64,000 nt of DNA, taken from assembly GCA_032718475.1 (NCBI GenBank), contig JAUCBJ010002182.1:1-64000 (forward strand), read 5' to 3'. The notes below the pieces were generated by a model, which saw only the letters and a program-made list of their open reading frames with translations, searched no databases and was not told the origin of the DNA. The stretch is from Nemertoderma westbladi (lineage: Eukaryota; Animalia; Xenacoelomorpha). Positions 46,449 to 61,048 of the stretch are shown here, in pieces (position 1 is the first letter of the stretch; each line of letters begins with the position of its first letter). A program made the translations under genes and the position numbers.

Positions 46449-49400
46449 TATGTCACGTTTTACCAACTCCCTTTTTCCCCGCCCCCCTATGTCACGTTTT
46501 TCCAACTCCCTTTTTCCCCGCCCCTCAATGTCACGTTTTTTCAACTCCCTTTTTCCCCGCCCCTCTATGTCACGTTTTTCCAACTCCCTTTTTCCCCGCC
46601 CCTCTATGTCACGTTTTTCCAACTCGCTTTTCCCCCGCCCCCCTATGTCACGTTTTTCCAACCCCCTTTTCCCCCGCCCCCCTATGTCACGTTTTTCCTA
46701 CTCCCTTTTCCCCCGCCCCCCTATGTCACGTTTTTCCAACTCCCTTTTTCCCCGCCCCTCTATGTCACGTTTTTCCAACTCCCTTTTTCCCCGCCCCTCT
46801 ATGTCACGTTTTTCCAACTTCCTTTTTCCCCGCCCATCTATGTCACGTTTTTCCAACTCCCTTTTTCCCCGCCCCTCTATGTCACGTTTTTCCAACTCCC
46901 TTTTCCCCCGCCCCCCTATGTCACGTTTTTCCAACTCCCTTTTTCCCCGCCCCTCTATGTCACGTTTTTCCAACTCCCTTTTTCCCGCCCCCCTATGTCA
47001 CGTTTTTCCAACTCCCTTTTTCCCCGCCCCTCTATGTTACGTTTTTCCAACTCCCTTTTCCCCCGCCCCCCTATGTCACGTTTTTCCAACTCCCTTTTCC
47101 CCGCCCCTCTATGTCACGTTTTTCCAACTCCCCTTTCCCCCGCCCCCCTATGTCACGTTTTTCCAACTCCCTTTTCCCCGCCCCTCTATGTCACGTTTTT
47201 CCAACTCCCTTTTCACCCACCCCCCTATGTCACGTTTTTCCAACTCCCTTTTTCCCCGCCCCTCTATGTCACGTTTTTCCAACTCCCTTTTTCCCCGCCC
47301 CTCTATGTCACGTTTTTCCAACTCCCTTTTCCCCCGCCCCCCTATGTCACGTTTTTCCAACTCCCTTTTTCCCCGCCCCTCTATGTCACGTTTGTCCAAC
47401 TCCCTTTTCCCCCGCCCCCCTATGTCACGTTTTTCCAAGTCCCTTTTCCCCCGCCCCCCTATGTCACGTTTTTCCAACGCCCTTTTTCCCCGCCCCTCTA
47501 TGTCACGTTTTTCCAACTCCCTTTTCCCCCGCCCCCCTATGTCACGTTTTTCCAACTCCCTTTTCCCCCGCCCCCCTATGTCACGTTTTTCCAACTCCCT
47601 TTTTTCCCGCCCCTCTATGTCACGTTTTTCCAACTCCCTTTTCCCCCGCCCCCCTATGTCACGTTTTTCCAACTCCCTTTTTCCCCGCCCCTCTATGTCA
47701 CGTTTTTCCAACTCCCCTTTTCCCCGCCCCCCTATGTCACGTTTTTCCATCTCCCTTTTTCCCCGCCCCTCTATGTCACGTTTTTCCAACTCCCTTTTCC
47801 CCCGCCCCCCTATGTCACGTTTTTCCAACTCCCTTTTCCCCCGCCCCCCTATGTCACGTTTTTCCAACTCCCTTTTTCCCCGCCCCTCTATGTCACGTTT
47901 TTCCAACTCCCTTTCCCCCCGCCCCCCCCCCCTATGTCACGTTTTTCCAACTCCCATTTTCCCCGCCCCTCTACGTCACGTTTTTCCAACTCCCCTTTTC
48001 CCCGCCCCTCTATGTCACGTTTTTCCAACTCCCTTTTTCCCCGCCCCTCTATGTCACGTTTTTCCAACTACCTTTTCCCCCGCCCCCCTATGTCACGTTT
48101 TTCCAACTCCCTTTTTCCCCGCCCCTCTATGTCACGTTTTTCCAACTCCCTTTCTCCCCGCCCACCTATGTCACGTTTTTCCAACTCCCTTTTCCCCCGC
48201 CCCCCTATGTCACGTTTTTCCAACTCCCTTTTCCCCGCCCCTCTATGTCACGTTTTTCCAACTCCCTTTTCCCCCGCCCCCCTATGTCACGTTTTTCCAA
48301 CTCCCCCTTCCCCCGCCCCCCTATGTCACGTTTTTCCAACTCCCTTTTTCCCCGCCCCTCTATGTCACGTTTTTCCAACTCCCTTTTCCCCCGCCCCTCT
48401 ATGTCACGTTTTTCCAACTCCCTTTTCCCCCGCCCCCCTATGTCACGTTTTTCCAACTCCCTTTTCCCCCGCCCCCCTATGTCACGTTTTTCCAACTCCC
48501 TTTTTTCCCGCCCCTCTATGTCACGTTTTTCCAACTCCCTTTTCCCCCGCCCCCCTATGTCACGTTTTTCCAACTCCCTTTTTCCCCGCCCCTCTATGTC
48601 ACGTTTTTCCAACTCCCCTTTTCCCCGCCCCCCTATGTCACGTTTTTCCAACTCCCTTTTTCCCCGCCCCTCTATGTCACGTTTTTCCAACTCCCTTTTC
48701 CCCCGCCCCCCTATGTCACGTTTTTCCAACTCCCTTTTCCCCCGCCCCCCTATGTCACGTTTTTCCAACTCCCTTTTTCCCCGCCCCTCTATGTCACGTT
48801 TTTCCAACTCCCTTTCCCCCCGCCCCCCCTATGTCACGTTTTTCCAACTCCCATTTTCCCCGCCCCTCTACGTCACGTTTTTCCAACTCCCCTTTTCCCC
48901 GCCCCTCTATGTCACGTTTTTCCAACTCCCTTTTTCCCCGCCCCTCTATGTCACGTTTTTCCAACTACCTTTTCCCCCGCCCCCCTATGTCACGTTTTTC
49001 CAACTCCCTTTTTCCCCGCCCCTCTATGTCACGTTTTTCCAACTCCCTTTCCCCCCACCCCCCTATGTCATGTTTTTCCAACTCCCTTTTCCCCCGCCCC
49101 CCTATGTCACGTTTTTCCAACTCCCTTTTTCCCCGCCCCTCTATGTCACGTTTTTCCAACTCCCTTTTCCCCCGCCCCCCTATGTCACGTTTTTCCAACT
49201 CCCCCTTCCCCCGCCCCCCTATGTCACGTTTTTCCAACTCCCTTTTTCCCCGCCCCTCTATGTCACGTTTTTCCAACTCCCTTTTCCCCCGCCCCCCTAT
49301 GTCACGTTTTTCCAACTCCCTTTTTCCCCGCCCCTCTGTCACGTTTTTCCAACTCCCCTTTTCCCCGCCCCTCTATGTCACATTTTTCCATCTCCCTTTT

Positions 49401-50087
49401 TCCCCTTTCCTCTATGTCACGTTTTTCCAACTCCCTTTTCCCCCGCCCCCCTATGTCACGTTTTTCCAACTCCCTTTTTCCCCGCCCCTCTATGTCACGT
49501 TTTTCCAACTCCCCTTTTCACCGCCCCTCTATGTCACATTTTTCCAACTCCCTTTTTCCCCGCCCCCCTATGTCACGTTTTTCCAACTCCCTTTTCCCCC
49601 GCCCTCCTATGTCACGTTTTTCCAACTCCCTTTTCCCCCGCCCCCCCTATGTCACGTTTTTCCAACTCCCTTTTTCCCCGCCTCCCTATGTCACGTTTTT
49701 CCAACTCCCTTTTCCCCCGCCCTCCTATGTCACGTTTTTCCAACTCCCTTTTTCCCCGCCCCCCTATGTCACGTTTTTCCAACTCCCTTTTCCCCCGCCC
49801 TCCTATGTCACGTTTTTCCAACTCCCTTTTCCCCCGCCCTCCCTATGTCACGTTTTTCCAACTCCCTTTTTCCCCGCCCCCCTATGTCACGTTTTTCCAA
49901 CTCCCCTTTTCCCCGCCCCCCTATGTCACGTTTTTCCAACTCCCTTTTTCCCCGCCCCTCTATGTCACGTTTTTCCAACTCCCTTTTTCCCCGCCCCTCT
50001 ATGTCACGTTTTTCCAACGCCCTTTTTCCCCGCCCCCCTATGTCACGTCTTTCCAACTCCCTTTTTCCCCGCCCCCCTATGTCACGA
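46449..50087. repeat. 39-bp pyrimidine-rich minisatellite (TATGTCACGTTTTTCCAACTCCCTTTTTCCCCGCCCCTC), ~93 copies
   Basis: Directly visible; followed by a poly-C run at about 50102-50120. Confidence 0.97.
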
Positions 50088-50371
50088 CATATTTGACCCA
50101 ACCCCCCCCCCCCCCCCCCCTTGCGTTTTGTCAATGTATTAAAGATAAACTTTCCCTGGCTAATGTAATACTGTGGATTGTCTAGAATTAATACCAATAA
50201 TATACAATAATTGGTCCTATTTACATAATAGTCTTAGTGAGTAAAGTCCAATTGACGAGGAATTATTATTTGCCATTTACCATTAACTCCTCTAAAAACT
50301 TTATATCGTTTTAAAAGGCTTTTGCAATTTAAGCTACTGTGTATATCATATTTGTTAGTTAAACATATTAG

Positions 50372-51235
50372 TACACGAACTGGGGCCTTCGCGCAGCACG
50401 TGACTTAATTATACTTAGTTATACATTTCGCCCTCTAGCGGCAGACTGGAGGACTCCAGACCGTTTACTGCCCACCAAAGACTCAGGCCGACTTCTACTA
50501 CATATCTGCTACGTTTCAGCTTTGAACGGATCATAAATAACGAGATGGGAGAAAGATTTCACTTTCAAACATTTCGCCCTCTAGCGGCAGACTGAAGAAC
50601 TGCACACTGATTAGCCTTCAATTCAATTCAATTCAATTCCTTCTTTCAAAGTCACAGCTAATGGTCTAGTACATATCTGCCAAATTTCAGCATAAATGGA
50701 TTAAAAGCAAAGAAATGGGAGGACATTTAACGTTTAGACATGTGGCCCTCTAGCAGGAGACTATTGCTCTGATGGTGTCTGAAAGTCTCTCAAACGTCTC
50801 AACTTTAGCTCATATTGATACCTACAAATTTTCAACTTAGCAGCTTTAAATCCGACAAAGTTATTAGCATGTCAAAATCGTAACGACGACAACGATTTCA
50901 CTTTTAGACCTTTGGCCCTCTAGCGGCAGACTGGAGAACTGCAGATGGATTCGCCTCCTTTGAAAGTCACAGCTAGTGGTCTAATACATATCTGCCAAGT
51001 TTCAGCTTAAACGGATTAAAAGCAAAGAAATGGGAGGGCATTTAATGTTTAGACATGTGGCCTTCTAGCGGGAGACCATTGCACTGATGGTGTCTGAAAG
51101 TCTCTCAAAAATCTCAACTTTTGCTCATATTGATATCTACAAATTTTCAACTTGGCAGCTTTAAATCCGACAAAGTTATTAGCATGTCAAAATCGTAACG
51201 ACGACGACGACGACGACAACGACGACGACGACGAC

Positions 51236-51297
<62 letters not shown>

Positions 51298-51377
51298 CAA
51301 CTATTTGCATAAATTGACCCACCCCCTAACAGTGTTAATTCGCTAAGGCTCCGCCAACTTCGTGGCTCGCCCCACAA
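50372..51377 (-). mobile_element. Second, inverted and shorter copy of the HINE-like element
   Basis: Reverse complement of both ends of 17375-18941, a (GAC)n tract at 51198-51299, and an internal partial duplication. Confidence 0.8.
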
Positions 51378-51673
51378 GTTTTTGCAATGGTAATATAATG
51401 TATGCAAATTCCGTCACTTATGATATTAACCAATATATTGCCACCGCATAAAATATTTTATGTAAAAAATTATATAGACACATCAATAATTTTAAGTGAA
51501 AAACGCGTTGAAAAAGTTCCTCTTTAAAACATTATTAAACATTAAATCATTAAAACATCAAATTGAATCAATATAGCTGCCCATATCAGAATTAATAATA
51601 TAAAATAAATCATAAATATATACAACAATAACAACAATAACAATTACATATTTCAGTGACATTTTACCAGAAA

Positions 51674-54600
51674 ATAAACAACCAGATTACTGCCACTCAT
51701 TGACATAAAACAACCAGATTACTGGCCACTCATTGACATAAAACAACCAGATTACTGGCCACTCATTGACATAAAACAACCAGATTACTGGCCACTCATT
51801 GGCCACACACTGGCCACTCATTGACATAAACAACCAGATTACTGGCCACTCATTGACATAAAACAACCAGATTACTGGCCACTCATTGACATAAAACAAC
51901 CAGATTACTGGCCACTCATTGACATAAAACAACCAGATTGCTGGCCACTCATTGACATAAAACAACCAGATTACTGGCCACTCATTGGCCACAGATTACT
52001 GGCCACTCATTGGCCACAGATTACTGGCCACTCATTGGCCACAGATTACTGGCCACTCATTGACATAAAACAACCAGATTACTGGCCACTCATTGGCCAC
52101 AGATTACTGGCCACTCATTGACAAAAAACAACCAGATTACTGGCCACTCATTGACATAAAACAACCAGATTACTGGCCACTCATTGACATAAAACAACCA
52201 GATTACTGGCCACTCATTGACATAAAACAACCAGATTACTGGCCACTCATTGACATAAAACAACCAGATTACTGGCCACTCATTGGCCACAGATTACTGG
52301 CCACTCATTGGCCACAGATTACTGGCCACTCATTGGCCACTCATTGGCCACAGGTTACTGGCCACTCATTGGCCACAGATTACTGGCCACTCATTGACAT
52401 AAAACAACCAGATTACTGGCCACTCATTGACATAAAACAACCAGATTACTGGCCACTCATTGGCCACAGATTACTGGCCACTCATTGGCCACAGATTACT
52501 GGCCACTCATTGGCCACTCATTGGCCACAGGTTACTGGCCACTCATTGGCCACAGATTACTGGCCACTCATTGACATAAAACAACCAGATTACTGGCCAC
52601 TCATTGACATAAAACAACCAGATTACTGGCCACTCATTGGCCACAGATTACTGGCCACTCATTGACATAAAACAACCAGATTACTGGCCACTCATTGACA
52701 TAAAACAACCAGATTACTGGCCACTCATTGACATAAAACAACCAGATTACTGGCCACTCATTGACATAAAACAACCAGATTACTGGCCACTCATTGACAT
52801 AAAACAACCAGATTACTGGCCACTCATTGGCCACTCACTGGCCACTCATTGACATAAAACAACAAGATTACTGGCCACTCATTGACATAAAACAACCAGA
52901 TTACTGGCCACTCATTGGCCACAGATTACTGGCCACTCATTGACATAAAACAACCAGATTACAGGCCACTCATTCGCCACAGATTACTGACCACTCATTA
53001 ACATAAAACAACCAGATTACTGGCCACTCATTGACATAAAACAACCAGATTACTGGCCACTCATTGAAATAAAACAACCAGATTACTGGCCACTCATTGA
53101 CATAAAACAAACAGATTACTGGCCACTCATTGACATAAAACAACCAGATTACTGGCCACTCATTGGCCACTCACTGGCCACTCATTGACATAAAACAACC
53201 AGATTACTGGCCACTCATTGACATAAAACAACCAGATTACTAGCCACTCATTGACATAAAACAACCAGATTACTGGCCACTCATTGGCCACAGATTACTG
53301 CCCACTCATTGGCCACAGATTACTGGCCACTCATTGGCCACTCATTGGCCACAGATTACTGGCCACTCATTGGCCACAGATTACTGGCCACTCATTGACA
53401 TAAAACAACCAGATTACTGGCCACTCATTGACATAAAACAACCAGATTACTGGCCACTCATTGGCCACAGATTGCTGGCCACTCATTGACATAAAACAAC
53501 CAGATTACTGGCCACTCATTGTGGCCACAGATTGCTGGCCACTCATTGACATAAAACAACCAGATTACTGGCCACTCATTGACATAAAACAACCAGATTA
53601 CTGGCCACTCATTGACATAAAACAACCAGATTACTGGCCACTCATTGGCCACTCACTGGCCACTCATTGACATAAAACAACCAGATTACTGGCCACTCAT
53701 TGACATAAAACAACCAGATTACTGGCCACTCATTGGCCACAGATTACTGGCCACTAATTGACATAAAACAACCAGATTACTGGCCACTCATTGGCCACAG
53801 ATTACTGGCCACTCATTGGCCACAGATTACTGGCCACTCATTGACATAAAACAACCAGATTACTGGCCACTCATTGGCCACAGATTACTGGCCACTCATT
53901 GACATAAAACAACCAGATTACTGGCCACTCATTGACATAAAACAACCAGATTACTGGCCACTCATTGACATAAAACAACCAGATTACTGGCCACTCATTG
54001 ACATAAAACAACCAGATTACTGGCCACTCATTAACATAAAACAACCAGATTACTGGCCACTCGTTGACATAAAACAACCAGATTACTGGCCACTCATTGA
54101 CATAAAACAACCAGATTACTGGCCACTCGTTGCCATAAAACAACCATATTACTGGCCACTCATTGGCCACAGATTACTGGCCACTCATTGGCCACAGATT
54201 ACTGGCCACTCATTGGCCACAGATTACTGGCCACTCATTGGCCACAGAATACTGGCCACTCATTGGCCACAGATTACTGGCCACTCATTGACATAAAACA
54301 ACCAGATTACTGGCCACTCATTGACATAAAACAACCAGATTACTGGCCACTCATTGGCCACAGATTACTGGCCACTCATTGACATAAAACAACCAGATTA
54401 CTGGCCACTCATTGACATAAAACAACCAGATTACTGGCCACTCATTGGCCACTCACTGGCCACTCATTGACATAAAACAACCAGATTACTGGCCACTCAT
54501 TGACATAAAACAACCAGATTACTGGCCACTCATTGACATAAAACAACCAGATTACTGGCCACTCATTGGCCACAGATTACTGGCCACTCATTGACATAAA

Positions 54601-57410
54601 ACAACCAGATTACTGGCCACTCATTGACATAAAACAACCAGATTACTGGCCACTCATTGACATAAAACAACCAGATTACTGGCCACTCATTGACATAAAA
54701 CAACCAGATTACTGGCCACTCATTGACATAAAACAACCAGATTACTGGCCACTCATTGGCCACAGATTACTGGCCACTCATTGACATAAAACAACCAGAT
54801 TACTGGCCACTCATTGACATAAAACAACCACATTACTGGCCACTCATTGACATAAAACAACCACATTACTGGCCACTCATTGACATAAAACAACCAGATT
54901 ACTGGCCACTCATTGACATAAAACAACCAGATTACTGGCCACTCATTGGCCACTCACTGGCCACTCATTGACATAAAACAACCAGATTACTGGCCACTCA
55001 TTGACATAAAACAACCACATTACTGGCCACTCATTGACATAAAACAACCACATTACTGGCCACTCATTGACATAAAACAACCAGATTACTGGCCACTCAT
55101 TGACATAAAACAACCACATTACTGGCCACTCATTGACATAAAACAACCACATTACTGGCCACTCATTGACATAAAACAACCAGATTACTGGCCACTCATT
55201 GACATAAAACAACCAGATTACTGGCCACTCATTGGCCACTCACTGGCCACTCATTGACATAAAACAACCAGATTACTGGCCACTCATTGACATAAAACAA
55301 CCAGATTACTGGCCACTCATTGACATAAAACAACCAGATTACTGGCCACTCATTGGCCACTCACTGGCCACTCATTGACATGAAACAACCAGATTACTGG
55401 CCACTCATTGACATAAAACAACCAGATTACTGGCCACTCATTGGCCACAGATTACTGGCCACTAATTGACATAAAACAACCAGATTACTGGCCACTCATT
55501 GGCCACAGATTACTGGCCACTCATTGGCCACAGATTACTGGCCACTCATTGACATAAAACAACCAGATTACTGGCCACTCATTGGCCACAGATTACTGGC
55601 CACTCATTGACATAAAACAACCAGATTACTGGCCACTCATTGACATAAAACAACCAGATTACTGGCCACTCATTGACATAAAACAACCAGATTACTGGCC
55701 ACTCATTGACATAAAACAACCAGATTACTGGCCACTCATTAACATAAAACAACCAGATTACTGGCCACTCGTTGACATAAAACAACCAGATTACTGGCCA
55801 CTCATTGACATAAAACAACCAGATTACTGGCCACTCGTTGACATAAAACAGCCAGATTACTGGCCACTCATTGGCCACAGATTACTGGCCACTCATTGGC
55901 CACAGATTACTGGCCACTCATTGGCCACAGATTACTGGCCACTCATTGGCCACAGAATACTAGCCACTCATTGGCCACAGATTACTGGCCACTCATTGAC
56001 ATAAAACAACCAGATTACTGGCCACTCATTGACATAAAACAACCAGATTACTGGCCACTCATTGGCCACAGATTACTGGCCACTCATTGACATAAAACAA
56101 CCAGATTACTGGCCACTCATTGACATAAAACAACCAGATTACTGGCCACTCATTGGCCACTCACTGGCCACTCATTGACATAAAACAACCAGATTACTGG
56201 CCACTCATTGACATAAAACAACCAGATTACTGGCCACTCATTGACATAAAACAACCAGATTACTGGCCACTCATTGGCCACAGATTACTGGCCACTCATT
56301 GACATAAAACAACCAGATTACTGGCCACTCATTGACATAAAACAACCAGATTACTGGCCACTCATTGACATAAAACAACCAGATTACTGGCCACTCATTG
56401 ACATAAAACAACCAGATTACTGGCCACTCATTGACATAAAACAACCAGATTACTGGCCACTCATTGGCCACAGATTACTGGCCACTCATTGACATAAAAC
56501 AACCAGATTACTGGCCACTCATTGACATAAAACAACCACATTACTGACCACTCATTGACATAAAACAACCACATTACTGGCCACTCATTGACATAAAACA
56601 ACCAGATTACTGGCCACTCATTGACATAAAACAACCAGATTACTGGCCACTCATTGGCCACTCACTGGCCACTCATTGACATAAAACAACCAGATTACTG
56701 GCCACTCATTGACATAAAACAATCACATTACTGGCCACTCATTGACATAAAACAACCACATTACTGGCCACTCATTGACATAAAACAACCAGATTACTGG
56801 CCACTCATTGACATAAAACAACCAGATTACTGGCCACTCATTGGCCACTCACTGGCCACTCATTGACATAAAACAACCAGATTACTGGCCACTCATTGAC
56901 ATAAAACAACCACATTACTGACCACTCATTGACATAAAACAACCACATTACTGGCCACTCATTGACATAAAACAACCAGATTACTGGCCACTCATTGACA
57001 TAAAACAACCAGATTACTGGCCACTCATTGACATAAAACAACCACATTACTGACCACTCATTGACATAAAACAACCACATTACTGGCCACTCATTGACAT
57101 AAAACAACCAGATTACTGGCCACTCATTGACATAAAACAACCAGATTACTGGCCACTCATTGGCCACTCACTGGCCACTCATTGACATAAAACAACCAGA
57201 TTACTGGCCACTCATTGACATAAAACAATCACATTACTGGCCACTCATTGACATAAAACAACCACATTACTGGCCACTCATTGACATAAAACAACCAGAT
57301 TACTGGCCACTCATTGACATAAAACAACCAGATTACTGGCCACTCATTGGCCACTCACTGGCCACTCATTGACATAAAACAACCAGATTACTGGCCACTC
57401 ATTGACATAA
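51674..57410. repeat. Compound minisatellite of 33-, 25- and 11-bp units sharing TGGCCACTCAT
   Basis: CCACTCATTGACATAAAACAACCAGATTACTGG / CCACTCATTGGCCACAGATTACTGG; higher-order duplication at a 1708-bp offset. Confidence 0.97.
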
Positions 57411-57573
57411 AGTAAAGTAAAGTAAAGTAAAGTAAAGTAAAGTAAAGTAAAGTAAAGTAAAGTAAAGTAAAGTAAAGTAAAGTAAAGTAAAGTAAAGCAA
57501 AGCAAAGCAAAGTAAAGCAAAGTAAGGTAAAGTAAAGTGTAAAGTAAAGTAATGTAAAGTAAAGTAAAGTAAA
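57408..57573. repeat. (GTAAA)n microsatellite
   Basis: Directly visible. Confidence 0.95.
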
Positions 57574-58066
57574 ACACAGGAAAAAACACATCAAGACCCA
57601 TTCTGATATAAAGCATGAAAAATTGGACGGTGAAATACTCAGCACGAGAAAAAAACGCTACGGCCCACAACAGTACAGTTTCACACAGGAATCCCCCCCC
57701 CCCCCCCCCCCCCCCGCCACACACAGAATAATAAAAAAATTGATTAACATAAAAATAAATAAAAATAAATGCATTATAAATTCAATTCAATTAATTGACC
57801 CAACTACTCCCTAATTAGATAGTCTTATTTATTTATCCACTAGCAGATTTGAGTTAAATTATATGTTTCTTTAGATTCCTATTGTACAAAATGTTTAGAA
57901 CCCTGAAAATGTCAATGAAAATTTGTAATAATATTATGAAAAAATGCCTTTCCTAATGCGCTGGTGGAAATGTTGTTGTTGGTGGAAAAGATTGTTGAAC
58001 GTTACAGCGTTACAGCGTTACATTGCAGTAACTATAATAAATATAATAATTATTGTTGTTTTCCAG

Positions 58067-58206
58067 ATATTCTGAAAGCTTCAAAAGAAGTTCAAAGAAG
58101 TAAAAGGCTTCGTAAAATGTTGGAGGTTGTCCTCGCATTCGGTAACTTTATGAACCGCGGGCAAAGGGGAGACGCGTTGGGATTCAAAGTCTGTAGTTTA
58201 AATAAG
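58067..58206 (+). CDS. DAAM: DAAM FH2 exon (GNxMN motif)
   Basis: TTTTCCAG|AT...AATAAG|GTATGA. Encodes [47 protein letters not shown]. Confidence 0.95.
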
Positions 58207-61002
58207 GTATGACTCATAGTAACGGCATCACGTCTGTATGACTCATGGTATCGACGCGTTTGTATGACTCATGGTACCGACGCGTCTTTATGACTCATGG
58301 TACCGACGCGTGTGTATGACTCATGGTACCGACGCGTGTGTATGACTGTGTATGACTTATGGTACCGACGCGTTTGTATGACTCATGGTACCGACGCGTG
58401 TGTATGACTATGTATGACTTATGGTACCGACGCGTTTGTATGATTCATGGTACCGACGCGTGTGTATGACTGTGTATGACTCATTGTACCGACGCGTGTG
58501 TATGACTCATTGTACCGACGTGCTTGTATGACTCATGGTACCGACGCGTGTGTATGACTCATTGTACCGACGTGCTTGTATGACTCATGGTACCGGCGCG
58601 TGTGTATGACTGTGTATGACTCATTGTACCGACGCGTGTGTATGACTCATTGTACCGACGTGCTTGTATGACTCATGGTACCGACGCGTGTGTATGACTC
58701 ATTGTACCGACGTGCTTGTATGATTCATGGTAGCGACGCGTGTGTATGACTGTGTATGACTTATGGTACCGACGCGTTTATATGATTCATGGCACCGACG
58801 CGTGTGTATGACTGTGTATGACTCATTGTACCGACGCGTGTGTATGACTCATGGTACCGACGCGTGTGTATGACTCATGGTACCGACGCGTGTGTATGAC
58901 TGTGTATGACTCATTGTACCGACGCGTGTGTATGACTCATTGTACCGACGTGCTTGTATGACTCATTGTACCGACGCGTGTGTATGACTCATGGTACCGA
59001 CGCGTGTGTATGACTCATGGTACCGACGCGTGTGTATGACTGTGTATGACTCATGGTACCGACGCGTGTGTATGACTGTGTATGACTCATTGTACCGACG
59101 CGTGTGTATGACTCATTGTACCGACGTGCTTGTATGACTCATGGTACCGACGCGTGTGTATGACTCATGGTAGCGACGCGTGTGTATGACTGTGTATGAC
59201 TTATGGTACCGACGCGTTTGTATGATTCATGGTACCGACGCGTGTGTATGACTGTGTATGACTTATGGTACCGACGCGTTTGTATGATTCATTGTACCGA
59301 CGCGTGTGTATGACTCATGGTACCGACGCGTGTGTATGACTCATGGTACCGACGCGTGTGTATGACTCATGGTACCGACGCGTGTGTATGACTCATTGTA
59401 CCGACGTGCTTGTATGACTCATGGTACCGACGCGTGTGTATGACTCATGGTAGCGACGCGTGTGTATGACTGTATGACTTATGGTACCGACGCGTTTGTA
59501 TGATTCATGGTACCGACGCGTGTGTATGACTGTGTATGACTCATTGTACCGACGCGTGTGTATGACTCATTGTACCGACGCGTGTGTATGACTCATGGTA
59601 CCGACGCGTGTGAATGACTGTGTATGACTCATGATACCGACGCGTGTCTATGACTGTGTATGACTCATTGTACCGACGCGTGTGTATGACTCATGGCACC
59701 GACGCGTTTGTATGACTCATGGTACCGACGCGTGTGTATGACTGTGTATGACTTATGGTACCGACGCGTTTGTATGACTCATGGTACCGACGCGTGTGTA
59801 TGACTCATGGTACCGACGCGTGTGTATGACTCATGGTACCGACGCGTGTGTATGACTCATGGTACCGACGCGTGTGTATGACTGTGTATGACTTATGGTA
59901 CCGACGCGTTTGTATGACTCATGGTACCGACGCGTGTGTATGACTATGTATGACTTATGGTACCGACGCGTTTGTATGATTCATGGTACCGACGCGTGTG
60001 TATGACTGTGTATGACTCATTGTACCGACGCGTGTGTATGACTCATTGTACCGACGTGCTTGTGTGACTCATGGTACCGACGCGTGTGTATGACTCATTG
60101 TACCGACGTGCTTGTATGACTCATGGTACCGACGCGTGTGTATGACTGTGTATGACTCATTGTACCGACGCGTGTGTATGACTCATTGTACCGACGTGCT
60201 TGTATGACTCATGGTACCGACGCGTGTGTATGACTCATTGTACCGACGTGCTTGTATGACTCATGGTAGCGACGCGTGTGTATGACTGTGTATGACTTAT
60301 GGTACCGACGCGTTTCTATGATTCATGGCACCGACGCGTGTGTATGACTGTGTATGACTCGCTCATGGTACCGACGCGTGTATATGACTGTGTATGACTC
60401 ATTGTACCGACGCGTGTGTATGACTCATTGTACCGACGTGCTTGTATGACTCATGGTACCGACGCGTGTGTATGACTCATGGTAGCGACGCGTGTGTATG
60501 ACTGTGTATGACTTATGGTACCGACGCGTTTGTATGATTCATGGTACCGACGCGTGTGTATGACTGTGTATGACTCATTGTACCGACGCGTGTGTATGAC
60601 TCATGGTACCGACGCGTGTGTATTACTCATGGTACCGACGCGTGTGTATGACTCATTGTACCGACGTGCTTGTATGACTCATGGTACCGACGCGTGTGTA
60701 TGACTCATGGTAACGACGCGTGTGTATGTCTGTATGACTCATGGTACCGACGCGTGTGTATGACTGTGTATGACTCATGGTACCGACGCGTGTGTATGAC
60801 TCATGGTACCGAAGCTTGTGTATGACTCATGGTACCGACGCGTGTGTATGACTCATTGTACCGAAGCGTGTGTATGACTCATGGTAACGACGCGTGTGTA
60901 TGACTGTATGACTCATGGTACCGACGCGTGTGTATGACTGTGTATGACTCATGGTACCGACGCGTGTGTATGACTCATGGTACCGAAGCTTGTGTGACTC
61001 AT
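58207..61002 (+). repeat. 26/36-bp minisatellite (GTATGACTCATGGTACCGACGCGTGT) starting exactly at the 5' splice site
   Basis: The first intron bases GTATGACTCAT are the unit start. Confidence 0.96.
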
Positions 61003-61048
61003 GTTACAATATTGCACTATTAGTTGGTAGTCCTAAAATCGTTTATTA

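Noticed and set aside
46413-50185. 1322-aa ORF extending the DAAM exon into a Pro/Phe-rich tail
   Set aside because: A canonical GTAAGC donor at 46413 joins in phase to exon 58067 and restores FH2; the read-through is satellite sequence.
46437-50197. Minus-strand ELEKRDIGGRGKR repeats resembling an amidated neuropeptide precursor
   Set aside because: No signal peptide, frequent frameshifts from homopolymer variation, and it is simply the reverse translation of an intronic 39-bp minisatellite.
51674-61002. CRISPR-like regular repeats
   Set aside because: No unique spacers, no cas genes, eukaryotic intronic context.
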